Below are positions 32,122 through 46,966 of a DNA stretch of 64,000 nt, piece after piece (the stretch's first letter is position 1; every line of letters starts with the position of its first letter). The stretch lies in assembly GCF_009914755.1 (NCBI RefSeq), contig NC_060925.1; one strand, 5' to 3'. Source of the stretch: the human T2T-CHM13v2.0 reference genome, Homo sapiens. The position numbers and the translations under genes were made by a program. Under the pieces are notes generated by a model, which worked only from the letters and a program-made list of their open reading frames with translations, did not search any database and was not told the origin of the DNA.

Positions 32122-35100
32122 TCAATAATATGGAATCATAGGCAGCCAGCTATGGGATAAGTGAATTTTTCAAAAGCTATGTATAGAATAATATGTATGG
32201 TATTATTCCTTTTTGGTTAAAGCAAATAAAGAAAAAAAGGAAGGAAATAAAAATCTATGTGAATATATGTGTCAGAGTAAACATATAGGTGAGCACATAG
32301 GTTGAACAGGTTTAGAGACAAAAATCTGGAAAGCTACATACCAAACCATTAACAATAGTACATCTGGGGAAAGTTTTTATTTTTGTTGAATATACTTTGG
32401 CATTTCGTTTTGTTACAACAAGCAAGAAGTCATTTTGTAAATTTTAAAAGTGAATATATAAAGAAAATATTTAGTCCTTATCAGATCAACTCATTAACTC
32501 ATTAGCTCATTAACTTAGCACCTACTGTGACCCCACAACTGTACTCTATGCCACCAAAAACATAAAAGAAAAAACTTCTGTCCTTAAGCATCATAATCCA
32601 GTAGAGGAGCCTATATGTATGGATAGTTTACAAATATTTTTCAAATTCTAGCAGTCCTTTCTTTTTCATAAGTAAAAAACAACTGTCATTATTTTATAGA
32701 TGAAGGAAGGTGACATGCAGAGAAACTGATGCCAGCAAGTGAGAGAACTCTATTGTGATTCCAAATCCAGGAGTTTCTCTACCGAATGCTGATGGGTAAG
32801 TGTCTTCTTTCAGGTTTTCTGTTTCTCAGAGTGCCATGGCTATGAAGAGAAAATATATTTCAATAAAAACTAAGTATTAAGAAGCACTTACAAGTGCCTG
32901 GGCAGAGATGATGTACCCAAGTTTTCTAGTTTAATTTTCTATTCAAATGAGATTTGTCAGCTTATTATTACTCATCTTTCTTATTTATTTCTTTAAACAG
33001 AATCTACTCCAAAGATTGACCAAAAATCATGGACAAGACCCGGCTATCTTTCATGGAGCATTAGCAATGGCAAAGAACTTAGAAATCCTCTCTTTTGACA
33101 CTTCCATTTTAAAGACAGGAAACTGAAGCCCAGAAAGTCCTGAAGGCTGTCATAACTGGTGATTAGTGGCAGAGCTGGGACTTGAATCTACTACTCTTTC
33201 AGCCCATCCATGCCATGCTTATCATTATGAATGACCCAGTGAAACATCCATATAGCATTCCTCAGTGCCCCACTTTACCAGGAAGGTGCTCTCATCAATT
33301 GCAATCTGACCTAAGCAAAATTCTCACTGGTTCAATGTTTCTGCAGACTGGCATTAATGGAATAGGCAGTCATGCTCATCTAATCATGTCTTTCTTTAAA
33401 TAGCTTGGGCTGACATGTTGTTTTCTGTCCAGAAGATAGATAGGCAAACACCAGCACAACTAGCATTTATCAAGTATCTATTATAGGGCCCTCAATGAGA
33501 TTAGGGTTTTTGTTTGCATTATTTTAACATTATCTTTAATAGTCTATGAGGTATTGAAGTCTATCTTATAGCTAATAAATAATGGAACCAAAGGCTAAAA
33601 TCCAGGACTTTTTTTAAAAAAAGCTAGGTCTAGGGCTCTTTCTCTGTGTTTTGCCTTCCAGGGTACGGCAGAAAAACCACTGAATTTATCCCAAAGACTG
33701 TAGCTTCTTTAGAAGCAAAATATGCCAATAAAATCTCGGTTTCCAGAGGGGGAGTCAATGGAAATCAAATAAGAATGTATTTCATTCTGTCATCTCCTGA
33801 CCTATAAAACAGAGTTAGAAGACCAGACTCCTGGAGAGTTGCTGCCATTAGGCCTTACAGGAGTCTCTGCTCATTTCTCGTTGTTCCAGATTTTTCAATC
33901 TTGTCTTCAGGCCAGTTTCTTGATCTCCTCTCATCACAGCAGCACTCCATCCTGTCCAAGCATAAGAAATCTGTGCTGTCTTGGACAGATGACAGAACTT
34001 AGACTTTAAACCACTGATTTTTTTGTGGTGGGCATTTAGGAGTGCTAAAGCCAAAAATAGATGCTCATTTAAATCTAAGGGTTACTCTCCCATCTTCTCA
34101 CTTCCATCTTAATGTCACCTAGTTCTAATCAGGGTCTACTGCTTAATGCAGTAAGAGAAAAATGATGTTTTGTTTACAATAGCAGGTCCCATTGTGACTG
34201 TGTTCTTGTAGTGCAACTCTTTTCAAAGCAAAGTTTTCCCTGAGATAGTGAGCTGAAATAAATATATATCCCCTACTGCTGATTCTTCTTTATTTTTTTC
34301 TCTAAACAGAAAGGACAGTGCCATTGAAAGCATAAAATGCACCTAAAAAAATATTCTTCAGTAAAGCCCAATAGAATCAAGGTGTGACATCCCCAAGAAC
34401 AGCCAAGTCACAAAAGAGCTAGTCATGCTGAAGGCCAAGTTAAATAACCCATAATTTTGGATCTCTGGGTCCCACTAGCACCCTTGAGTGTGGGCTTATA
34501 AAATTCCTGAACGGGCAAGACGGCCCCTGTTGAATCTTGCTTGACTTGGCCCCTTCATGGGTAACTCTTCTGTGATTTGGCTTTCCCCACACATCTCACA
34601 CCTTCCCACAAGTGACCTTTTCACTCTGTGCTTGGCTTTTCTGTGGTGGGTTAAGTGTCTGCACACATTCACATCATCATGTTCCCGATGTGAAGATGAC
34701 ATGGTCATACATGCTATTGATCTCCAAATATTCAAAGGACATTGAAGCTCTGCTCAGGCTCCTGCAGTCTTTTCTGGGATAAGTATGGATATAAGGATAT
34801 GGCAAGATGATGAATGCCCTACGTATATCTATTGTTCTGATTTGCGTAGCCCCTTGAGCTGCACAGCACTTCTTATAAAAGTGAGCTTCCACATGTCTAA
34901 TGGTGCTTAGTCCCTTAGACTCTAAATCTTAGACCATGTGTTGTTATTTCATACCACCCCAGAGCCATTTCCTCTTATATAAAATTTCCAGAAATCCATA
35001 GGCATACTGCATCACGTGGCAGTGGGCTTCTGCATTTCCTTGGAGCATTATGACAGGCCACTCTAATTATAATCACTGGTTGTCAGCTTATCCTCTGTCT

Positions 35101-37294
35101 GTGTTAAGCAGTCTCACTTTCAACTACTCATCGTCATCTCCAGAAAGCCTCCCCTGAACTTTAGGCTGACCCAACTGCTCCCATAGTATCCATATTTACC
35201 TCTATTTTGGCATTTCCTCACTACAGTAATTGTTTCTATTTTTGGTCTGTCACCACAATAGACACATTAGAGCTCCTAAGTTGGATGGACTAGCTCTCAC
35301 TTATCTGCATATTACCAACACTTAGCACTATGTCCTGCAGAAAATATACATTCAGTACATATTGGTGAGCCATTGTTGAAGGTTTAGTTGAATGGGTTAA
35401 GGTAAAAATTATTTCCAGGCCTGTGAATTAATTCTATTCCAGAACTCTTTCTGTTGCCAATATTAGTGTGATGAAATATTAAGTATGACTTGTGTTGACA
35501 CTCAGACAGAAGGACATATGGCCCACTAGAATTGTCACTGCAAAAAGGCTAATTAGTTTAACTCTCAAAGGGTAACTTTATTTACCATGCCTTTGTTGGA
35601 GGGGAGGTGTTGAAAGAATGACTGACTTCCCCATGCTTTCACCTTGTAGGAGACAAGGAATTTGGCGGCCACATAGATTGGCCTTTAGTTTTGCCTATAC
35701 CTCAGTATCCTTCAGTATTATCTTCCTTAAATCTTCCCAAAAGTCTGTATAAGGTTTCATGGACATTACCAAACTAAACTGCCTGATAAGACGTATGTAC
35801 CCCTCAACCTCTGTTTCAACTTTTTATCTATCGTCTTCCCACCCTCCACTGAAACGCAAGCATGCCTTTGTCTCAGATATAGACTGGGAGCCCAAGAGAT
35901 AATCTTTACCAATCTCAGCATCTCCAGTTTTCTCTGTTAAGCTACATGGTAAAGATGTCCCTGAGAGACTAAGTCTGGGGAATTTTTGTATACCAGAGGT
36001 TTGACCAGAAAACTGAGATTTTTCCAACTCTGGATCCTTTGGCTTTTGCCCTGATTATTTTACTAGGGCCTTACTCTTCTCTAATTCTTAACAGTTAATA
36101 AAAAGTCTTTCTGTTGCCATGGTTGAGAACAATGAGCCCTTGTCAGGATAAGATTTGGAGAGCTTTAATGAGAAGATGTATGTAAGCCCATGTTGCAAAG
36201 AGACAAAACAAGAATACAGAAAAAAGGCTCTGTTGATGAAGCAAAAACCCTCCTGAGACCAGCACACTCTGGAAATGGAAAATGGAACCAGTGGCATTTT
36301 GCCTATTTGTTCTGGGCACCATTCTGGATGAAGGGATAGCTAATTTTTCTCTGTGAAGATTAATTAGTGATGGGACCCAAGATAGTTGTTGTTGTAGAGG
36401 GTGCCTCACCCTGTGAGCTTCCTTTCTGAGGAGCACCACCAGCAACACCCTTAGGTCAAAGGCCTGAGCATTGTCACAGAGTTAGACAAAGCCTAATTCC
36501 AGAAGCTTAGTCTAGAAGCCATGTATGAATATAGTTTCCAAACAGACTGAATCTTTGGGGACTGCAAATAACATTACATGTTCAGGCCTTCCACACTCCT
36601 GCCTTGAGGTAGGAAGTATTATGCAAAGACCTGCAAAAACTACAGGCTGAGTGGAGTGTGATCCTGACACTCTAGAGATGACTTCCATATGCAAGTCATA
36701 CTTGAGCTCTTTCTGAATGAAACCAAACAAGAGGTGATTCCTGTTATACTACAAGCTTATTTAAGCCAGGGAACATGGCTTGTGTAGCATTCTCAGAATT
36801 TTGCCCAGGAAAAGAAATATTTTCTAAAAGTCTGCCTTATCAAATATTAATGGTTCTAACCTCAGATTGCCTGAGTGTGACCTTTGGCAAGATTCTTAGT
36901 CTTTCTGCATTTTTCTCTCACCTATAATGTGGGTATAATAATAATACTGTCAGCTTCATAAAGTCGTTGGGAATTAAATAAGACATGGTACTAACTAAGG
37001 CACTTAAGCTGGCATGAATAAGCACTTGATAAATGTTTCTTGTTTTATACTTATCACTTGAGAAAAGCTTACTCAGCATTTTATAAATCCTCAAGATCTT
37101 TTAGGAGAACGGGAAGGAATCCTACTAAAAGATATATCTCACAGATGAACCGAACCCCAGTGGGGCAAAGTTAACTGTTCCAGATTGCTTTGCAAAGCAT
37201 CTGAGAAGCTGGGACTAGAAATTAGCCTTATCTTTGACTGCTGGGTTTATAGGAAAAGCAGATTGAGATTGGCTCAGGCTAGGTTGGCTCAGGG

Positions 37295-37700
37295 GCTGGC
37301 AGAAGCTCCCTAATGCCTAACAAATTTGTTTCCTCTTCTTCCTATGCACTCAGCTAGACTATATTGCCCAGTTTCCTTTGCAGTTAGGTGTGGTCACTGG
37401 AGTTCTAACCATTAGAATAGAGAGGAAGTCATGCATCAATACAAGACTGGGCTTATGAATATCTCCCATGTACAAGTTTTTATTCTTTCTCCTCATAGTT
37501 TAGCTGAATGGAGAGGTACTGAGCTAAGTGCTGAAGATATTGGAGCCATCAAATGGAAGAAGATTGTTTTCCTAAATCATTGCTTGGAGAAGAGCCACTC
37601 AATGAGAAATTCCATGTTGAGTTGTGAGATGAGTGAGAAATGAACATTATTATGTTAAGATTTGGAGATTTATCTGTTACCTCATCTAGAGACAGCCTAA
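37295..37700 (+). mobile_element. MaLR LTR (MLT1J-like)
   Basis: 'gctagactatattgccccagtttcctttgcagttaggtgtggtca..gagttcta' and 'gtgagaaatgaacattattatgttaag'. Confidence 0.6.
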
Positions 37701-40700
37701 GAGAGGCTCTACCTGCTCATGTGTAGAGGAAGGATGCATGGTGTGGGCAAGATGAGGAGAACTCCAAGAATCTTCTTCGTGGAGTTCAAAAGCTTCCCTG
37801 AGAATAAGAGCTGACAGAGGTTGACTTGGCAATCCTTTGATAGCCCCCTTTGTCCACTTTGGCTTCACTAGGTGAAAATACTAAAAATGACTCAAAACCC
37901 CTTTGGTTTTCTGTGCCTCTGCAGAGCCTGCAGTAAAGTGTAATAAAAGTAGAAACTGTGAGTAGGAAGCATCTGAAGTGGGAAATGCCGTTAGGCTGGC
38001 CCATAAAAGATGAGTGCTATGAGCAGTAAAATGAGCTAAGAAGGAAAACATGATGAATGTTTTCTCGGCCTTAAGCAGCAAGATCCCATTTCAGCATCCC
38101 ACGTGGCACTGTGTGCCTGGCTGGAAAAAGCAAGGGCCTCTGTGCAAAGCCTGACTCAGGGAGTGTGGCAGTTGAGCCTAACCCTGGGGCCCCGGCTGGG
38201 GGAGTAGAGTGGGGTGGAGGTGCTGGGGGTGGGTGGAGGGATGCAACTTGATTTCTTCATCACCTCCCAGGCCTTACTGACGCTTTCCATGTTGAAGGTT
38301 CCCATTGAGACACTGGAGGAAATCCTGAATTGCCCAAGTTACAGAGCAAGGACACCTCACATAGGGAAAGGGAACCCAGAGGTCATGGTGCCAGGAACAG
38401 CAGGGAGAACTTTATGAGATTTGACTCAAGAAAATGAATATCCTCTGCTTCAATCCCACTACCATAGCTCATACCACACAGAGAACATGTGTCTTTACTG
38501 TGCTGGCCCCCACCTCGCACCGGGACACCTTCCTCCTCCTAGGTTTAGGCAGCTTCCATGAATTCTTCGAAGTACGATTCAAGTTCAACTTTCTCCACGA
38601 GCCCACGACTTTTTATTATAGTCCCTGTAAATCTCATTTTTGGAAAAATATAGCAGTGGAAAGGCCTGGGTTGGAGCCCTGCCTTTGTTACTTGCAAGCT
38701 CTGTGATTTTGTGCACATTACTAACTTCTGTAAGTTTCGGTTTCCCTATCTCTAAAATAGGGATTGAAATATAAATCCTACAGGATGGCTGCAAGGATTA
38801 CAGGATATTACCTTGCATAATGTGTAAGATGTAATAAACACTCAATAAAAATTAGTTTTCTTCTGAAATTTTGCAGCATATATGGTCTTTACCACCAATT
38901 TAATACTTTTATTGTTTCTTATGCACGTAGCTTGACTCTTCAACCAGGGTAAAATCCCCTTCTAGAACAGAATAATGTCTCAGATCATTATAGACTACCA
39001 AGCCATATTTAATATTTTTGCTTATTAATTACTGTTCATCATTAGTCTGATTGATATCAATTGGTTGGTTGATCATTAGTTTTAACCTTTTACAAAGTTA
39101 GTTAGAAAGGTGCCTCTCATCCTCTAAGAATGTCATGAAAATATGATTTTACTCGGGCTGTGTAGAAGATAGATTCATATTTTGAAGAGTCTCTAAATTA
39201 CTCCAGTCCCAAGAAGACTTCAAAAAATTAGTATCAATGCTATACAAAGCTATTGTAAAGACAAAAATGCCTGGCCTACGCTGACATAATAACAGCTGAA
39301 CACATCTTCCAGTGACACATGGCTGCCCTCAGCACGAGTTAGAGTAAGCCAATTCTAAGAAAATGGCTATATTTGTACTAGCTCAAACATCACCCTCTGA
39401 GAGCAGCCCTCTTAGAAAATCATATCTAAATAAGCCTTCGTTCTCATTGCCCAGTCATTCTCTATCATTCTATTATTTTTAATTTCCTCAAAGTCATCAA
39501 TGCAATCTGAAATTATTCATTTACTTGCTAGTGTATTCAATGTCAGTCTCTCACTAGACCATGAGCTCCTAAAGGCAAGAACATGTCTGGTTGTTCATTG
39601 CTACGTTCTCAGTGCCCAGAGCAGTGCTTAACAAAGAGCATTATATAATATGTATTGAATTGAATCTGATGAACCTTGACATAAGTGTGGGGAACAAATC
39701 TCCAATTGATGATCATAAGCAAAAAAGCTTTTGTGAAATGCATCTTTTTGGCTGGGTTTCCTTGGGAAAACAACTCTCCTTTAGCTTACTGAATGCAAAC
39801 TGGTACAACAGAGCTTCTCTGAAATGCTCAAAGTACTAAGCAGTGAATCACGTCAACCAGACAGCTCTGCTCTTGGATCTCAGCTCTCAAAACTCCCACT
39901 AATGAAAAAATACTCCATAGAAAAAGATATTAATCTATAGGCTGTAAGAAAGTTCTGAATATCTCTATCTTTACTAAATTGCTCCCTGAAATGAAATGCT
40001 ATTATTTTTCCTCCAATGTTTATTCATTGTAGTGTCTTTTAAAATCTTATTTTGTTCTTAACCCACCATTTCTTATTTCTATAAAAATTCTGAGCATCCT
40101 TAAAAGCTCAGTAGAAGTTCTGCCTCACCAATGAAAACAATTAACCTCTTCTTACCCTAAACATCTTCTTTGAATTTCCAGAGCCTTTTATATCATGCAC
40201 CTCATTGTGAATGGCTGCCTAAAAAGCTAGCCCTTTCAAGAAAGAAACCATGGTGTGATTTTTACTCTTCCTTATGTATAACGGATGCTTGCTAGCTACT
40301 ATTTACATTTACACTAATCTATTACAGAATACTATATGAAGAACAATAAACCTTTGTTAATTTAGGTAGCTTTAACTTGGAGTAAATAATATTATTTAGC
40401 CATGCAACCATTTCTTATCCTTAAAAAAAGGCTTTGGTCAACAAATTAAACAATAAGTATGTATTGAGATTCTATAATAGATCAGGAACTGTCCTAGCTA
40501 TTGAGGATGCAAAGATGAATAAGATAGCCTTTCCCCAGAAAAATGAGCAATTGTGGAGCACCTTAGACTATAGAAGAATAATCCTTCTAGTAAACACCCC
40601 TTTGTGTAATCATTATGCCAATTACAATGAATGCTCACTATTTCATGAAAGAGAATTGCGTAGAGCATATTCTTCACAATTCTTTATCCAGTTTGTCTTT

Positions 40701-42249
40701 TAAAAAACATTTTTATTACTTCTTCAGGTACACATGGAAACATATGCCATAATTCAGATGTAACTAACTTGGATTGTTCTAATTAACCCAAATTACAAAA
40801 ATGTTCTGTACTTAATATTCTAAATGATTATTGAAATTATTATTCTTACTATTGGGTGAAAATATGGAGATTTTTATGTCAAGTTTTCTGATTGGCATAC
40901 TATGATTATCTATTACCCCAAACCTCAAAGGGTGTTAGATCAGTGAACAATGTTTGGTATGCTGCTAAATTAAAAAGTAATAATAATAACCGTAAGCTTC
41001 ACATGTAGTTGTTTTTGTTATACCATTATGAAACCAAGGGGTGATGCAAGGTTTCCAAATAGGAGTGGTTTTCTAAGTTTTGAGGCATGTCATTCCCAGA
41101 GAGCCTACAATCCGTGGAGGTACTCAGTCAGTCATTGTCCAGCTATTTTGGCAATGATCTGATGGCTAATGGAATTAACTAGCATGCCACCCTCTGCAGT
41201 TATTTATAAAACCAGAGCAATGAATAAGGTTTTTGCTCTCCCAAACCAACCTCCATTTCCAGTGAATGGCTGTGGTGGTTGGCAACCTGAGCCCACCAAA
41301 TCAAACCCTGATGAAATGGGTCAGTGAGCAACCAGTGTAACTGTCCACCAGGAAACAGTCTGGAGTAGGGGCAAGAGCAAGAGGTTTCAAGTCCTGGCTC
41401 TGCTGCTTCCCAGCCACTTAAGAATGGGCAGGTCACAAAGTTTATCTTTTACTTCTTCATTTGCAAAACAATACTTCCTGGCCTGTCCACCTTTCATGGT
41501 TATTGTGAGGCTCCAGTGAGATAATATATGAAAGTTCTTGTAAATGGCATAGTCCTAGCCTCTTTATTAGTCTAAGTTGTCAGTTGGTGCATGACAACTC
41601 AAAACCACTCTCCCCATGCTGCAGTGATGCATTCAAGGAGGATAGTACATACTTATTGTTCAATATACCAAGCAAAATCCAGAGGCACTCTCACCTCAAT
41701 CCCTTAAGATATGTCTTCTTTCCTGATTGTCCAAGTGCCTCGTGGTACTGCTGAATGACAGTGCTAATTGCACAGACCCTAAGGTCAGATTGCCAGCTCC
41801 CCACTTGGTCAAATATTTAACATTTTATGAGCTCGTTACTGGATCTATAAAATGAGGATTCAAATGTTACCTATCTCACAGAATTGTGGGAGGATAAGAT
41901 AATCACGTAAAACACATGATGTAGTATCAGGTGGCACACAGTAACAATGACAATTACTATTAGCCTCACACAGGTTTCTGCAGCTAATATGAAGGCAAAA
42001 ATCCCATTAGAGTCAGAAGATCTGGTTTCAAGTCCTCGTTCCCTCTGTGACAGGCTGGATAATGCTACAAATTTCATTCAATCTCTCTGGAATGCAGTTA
42101 CTACTTATAAAAGGATGCTAATATTCACTTCATGGGGCCTATATAAAAATCACATAGAGTAATATATATATAACTTCTATACTCACTGTAATGCACGATG
42201 AAAATGCACAAGGCTGTTATTTGATTTTTCTGTATGAACAAACATGCAG

Positions 42250-43937
42250 AAAACAATTGCAAAGATTTTATTTAGCGGCTTTCTGTGCTTGGCACTTAGA
42301 AACAGAGTTCCGTGCATAAGGGCAAATTTTTGTACACCTTTTCTTCATACATATTTTACATACCCTTTTATTGCCCCCTTTTTCATATTCATAATATTGG
42401 ATTCCCCACTAGGCACATAAATACATTTATCTACAACACCTCAAAACCAGAAACTTTAATAATATCTGTATTATTTTACTTGGTATTATTTGCATTTCCA
42501 CACCATTTAAAAATTTTAGCTTGCACCAAGCTTCACTTGCTTTCTTACCATTAAAAGATTTGAAGGGAAAGGGAAAGATGAAGGACAAAACCCAAAACTT
42601 CAAAATGCAATGTACTATTTGATAAAAATGGAGATCTAAGGGCAGGTAGAAGGGTATAGAAGACCCATCTGCAATTCCCTGGGACATGAGGGGATATTTC
42701 CTGCCACAGGGATAGCGGGCAGGCATTCTAGGTCAGGTGTCTGGATCCGGCACCTGGAGGCCAGGCCTCTATTTGTTGCCTCTGCTCTTGGTATCATCTT
42801 CCGAGATTATAAAACTATTCCTTCTTCACACCCTTTTATTTTCCTTCCCCTACCAGGCTGCATGCTGTGGAATCAGCACTTCCCACGTAGTGCACCTCTC
42901 TTCTGGATCACAGTGGTCAAAGCTGTGGGCTCAGGATGCATTCCTTGCTCTGTCCCTCTGACCAATGCCCTGACCATGCTCAGTGTGCCAGAGAGGTTTA
43001 CTCCTCAGTAATGCCATGATTCTTTCCATAACCTGTAGTGGGGCGGGCGGGGTTTGGGGGGACAAACCAAAAACACGTCTCCTTGGTGAATTAAAATTCT
43101 CATCATTGCTCACACTTTCTCTGTCAGTCTTGCTCTCCACCTCGTTCCTGTTCTCTATTCTTTCTGTTTGTCTTTCTCCTGTTCAGCTTCTCTTTCTCCC
43201 TCTTTCCACGGGCACCACTGGGAATATCAATGATAGCATACAAGTGAAGAGAGCCAAAGTTCAAAAGCAATCTTTTTCCGGAAGCCAAGTCCAGTTGTAC
43301 TGATGTCTTTCCACTCTCATCCATTGGGAGGGTCTCCAGGATACATGGTTCATTCCAGAAGCAGAGGAAGCTGCAGGGGAGAAAGACTGGCAGCTACTGC
43401 TGGCCCACTCCATCTAGAGTTGTACACAGACAAATTCTTGGTGAAAGCACCCATTCTGGGCCTCCCTCCACAGAGTTCACCCAGTTCAGAGTCAGTGTGC
43501 ATGTATGATTGCATGTGTATGAATTGTGTATGAATATGTATGTGTGTGTGCACGTATGTATAGGTAGGTCTGTCTGTATGTGGGTGTGTATGTGTAACTT
43601 TTCATGGCTGCCACACACTAGCATCTCCCTTAACATTATGACGAAGTGATTATTCAGTCTCTTCAAAGGCCACTCTGGAACAGACAATGCTTTATAAAAC
43701 TAAGGTCTGGGAAGGCAGAAGAATGGCCACTGAGTTGCGGATGATTCTATCGCAAGTATCCTTCACTGGCTTAAAGGTATCTCTTGTTCTTGGGTATATG
43801 TCTTCGGCCAGAAAAAAAAAAAAAAAAAAAACACGGTTCCTGTTTTTCAAAGACACTGGACTCCCAAAGAGGAGGATCTGACCACGGAGACTCTGGGGCC
43901 TTGATTGCCAAATGCTCCGTGGTGTTTGGACTGGCCT
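42250..43937 (-). other. TBX15: TBX15 3' UTR (approximate 3' end)
   Basis: Repeat-poor sequence between the stop codon and the AATAAA at 42272-42267. Confidence 0.75.
42267..42272 (-). terminator. TBX15: TBX15 polyadenylation signal AATAAA
   Basis: tttatt on +; followed on the minus strand by GU/U-rich 'ttgttttctgcatgtttgtt'. Confidence 0.75.
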
Positions 43938-44722
43938 TTAAACCATGTGCACGGACATCTGGGAGGAGGAGCCTGGAACTGCCCCATACTGCCGGCCATC
44001 ACAAGTGTTGGTTGCCTGTTGGTTATTGGGTGAAGGGCTAATCATGTGCATGCTGTGCTCCATCCCTGACGGCAGGTACTGCCTCTCTCCAAAGGCCCCG
44101 TTGGAAGGAGAAGAACAGAGTAAAGTGCTTTGAGAGGCGCTCAGTTTTTCCGGGCTTGCAGCTAGCCTAGGGGAAGTGGGGAAATTGTATCCATACAGGT
44201 TGTAAGGGTTGTGAAGGGAGAAGGCATTGTAGGAGCTCTGCTGCATGTGGCTGCCCCCGAACATGTGTGGTGATGAGGAGCTGGAGGCAGCATTGCCTGC
44301 CTGCATGACATACTGAAACTGGGAAGTGGGAAAGGACCCCAGCTGGCCACCGTAGGCTTCCATCTTGCTGTTGCCAGGCAACGAGGGAGGAGTTGGTATT
44401 CCTGAGATCAGGGATGGAGTCCTCTGAGGCATGAAGGTTTCAGAGGGCTGAGTGGCTGAAGTGGTGCCACTCTGAAGCCTGTTGTAGCCACTGTCACTCA
44501 GCCCTGGGTAGCTCTGCAAGGCAGCCATGTTGCTTCGGGCACATGGTGGATAATCAGAGAGGTTTAGATTACACAGCTGGCTTTCTCGGCAGCCCACATT
44601 GAAAGTGTTGGGGGCCAGATGAAAAGTTGGAGGAGAACAGGATGGAGATAAAAGATGAGAAGAAGCCGAAGGGGATGGTGTCCCAGTGCTGGAGGTGGTT
44701 GGGGAAGTGCCTGTGCTGCCTC
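43938..44722 (-). CDS. TBX15: TBX15 last coding exon (Ser/Pro-rich C-terminal region)
   Basis: GGSTGTSPTTSSTGTPSPSASSHLLSPSCSPPTFHL...SSSQMSVHMV*; acceptor ttttatttttcAG|GA; phase matches the upstream exon. Confidence 0.93.
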
Positions 44723-45668
44723 CTGAAAAATAAAACGTGAATACTATTGAGACAGAGTCTTTTAAGATGAGTCTGCCTAAGTCACATGCAAGCCATACAG
44801 GAGGTGCCTTCAAATGTCCAAGATAGGGCTGATTTTTACAGAACCATTTTTCCTCTTAACTCAGCAGACCTATGCTAAGCGATTCCACCTGTGGACATAT
44901 ACACAGTCATACAGTCTCTCACACACACACACACACACACTCCAGAAGGATCAAAAACAACACTAAACTCTTTTGTTTGTTTTCTCTGTAAGAGCCTTAG
45001 TAAGTCCTTTGTATAAAAATAACAATAAACCTTCCAAGATTCACGTTGCCATTTCTCACCATCAAATTCACTTTCTAATAAGACCTCTGATGTCAGCATT
45101 AAAATCCACTAGCTCAGCTTTTCCCATTCTTAATGGAAATGCATTAAATATGTATTTTATTCAAAGGCTGTTGCCTACTTTGCCATTTTTAGTCTTCCAG
45201 CCAAACATGCAGGACACCAACGCGGGACCCTAATCACAGAGGAAATGGGGTAATGGAAGACAGTGCCAAGTCAAAATTGAGGCCTGGGGGTGCAGAGCAG
45301 TGGAGCCTGGGGTATGAGATTGAAGTTGCATCACATAAAAGACATTGGGAACACAATTATAAGAGCTAGATTAGAATAAAGCAGGGCTAACCCAAAACAA
45401 AATCATTATGAACCAGAGGCTCTGCTGATCTCCTTTTATAGGATCATGTCCATTCTCAGAGACTGGAATAAAGACTGTAAATGGAGCCTTTGGAGTTTTA
45501 ATATTTATCAGAACAAGAAGCTAAAAAGGCCTTAAAGTGACCTGAGAGTCAGGAGATCTGGGTCTGCTCACAACTCTGCCACACTAACTGCCCAGGTAAC
45601 CTTAGGCACATCACTTACCCTCTGCAGGTTACAGTTTCTTCATCTAGAGATGAGGAATTAACTTAGAT

Positions 45669-46035
45669 CAGCGGTTCTCAGGCATAGAGGACCTGGCAGC
45701 TTTTAAAAGAAATGCTGACGTTCCAGGATCCTACCTCGGATGAACTAAAGGAAAGTTTCTGGGCATGGAACCTCCACATCAGTATTGTTTTAAAAGCTCC
45801 CCCAGATGTGTAGTGTGGCTTAAGAACCAATCATACAACCCAAATTCCTCATTTCTAAGTACTCAGAATAGTCTTTCCTAAACTTGAGTGTGTATGAGAA
45901 TCAGCTAGATGGCTTGTTAAAGCATAGATTGCTGACTCCATCCCTAGAGTCTCTGATTCTGTAAGTCTGGGGTGGGGCCTAAGAATTTGCATTTCCAACA
46001 AGTTCTCAGGTGATGGTCCAGAGACCACACTTTGG
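45669..46035. mobile_element. Two adjacent MER5-type hAT-Charlie fragments (~45669-45829, ~45870-46035)
   Basis: 'cagcggttctca', 'ctgattctgtaagtctggggtggggcctaagaatttgcatttc.aacaagttctcaggtgat..gagaccacacttt'. Confidence 0.7.
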
Positions 46036-46537
46036 GTTAGAGGAACTCCAGATTCCTTTCATTTCCAAAAGTCCCTAAATCTGTATTTGAACGAGTTGAT
46101 CTTATGATGTGTGAATGTTAGAGCTAGACAGGTGGATGATGCACCGACAGACTGAGGACCAGTTCAATCCAACCTCCTTCAGTGTGTTCTCAGATAATTT
46201 AAGAAGGCCAAAAATGACCTTTACGAGCCTCCTCTTTCCCAAAGTCAGGAAGCAGCAGTGCAGCATCTGCCTCCTGTCTCATCCAATGGAAGTTAAAGAC
46301 ATGGGTGAGTGCTAGGGCTGCGGGGCCCTTTATTTGAATTCTGGAAAGAGCAGCTGCTTTGTCTTCCATAGGGAATCTTCCGTGATGTAACTTCCTCCTT
46401 CACAGCAAGGTTAGGAGTTTCCCAGCATTGTCAAGAGCTGTGATTCCCCCAAGGAATGTAATATCCTTTAGATCACCTACCCACTCATTTTGGGACTCTT
46501 AGAAGCTGAGCATTATAAAAGGGTAAAGGGCACTTTA

Positions 46538-46966
<429 letters not shown>

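Noticed and set aside
44723-44813. N-terminal ~30 aa of the 291-aa track ORF (MKAPPVWL...)
   Set aside because: Intronic read-through upstream of the TBX15 splice acceptor; the real exon starts at 44722
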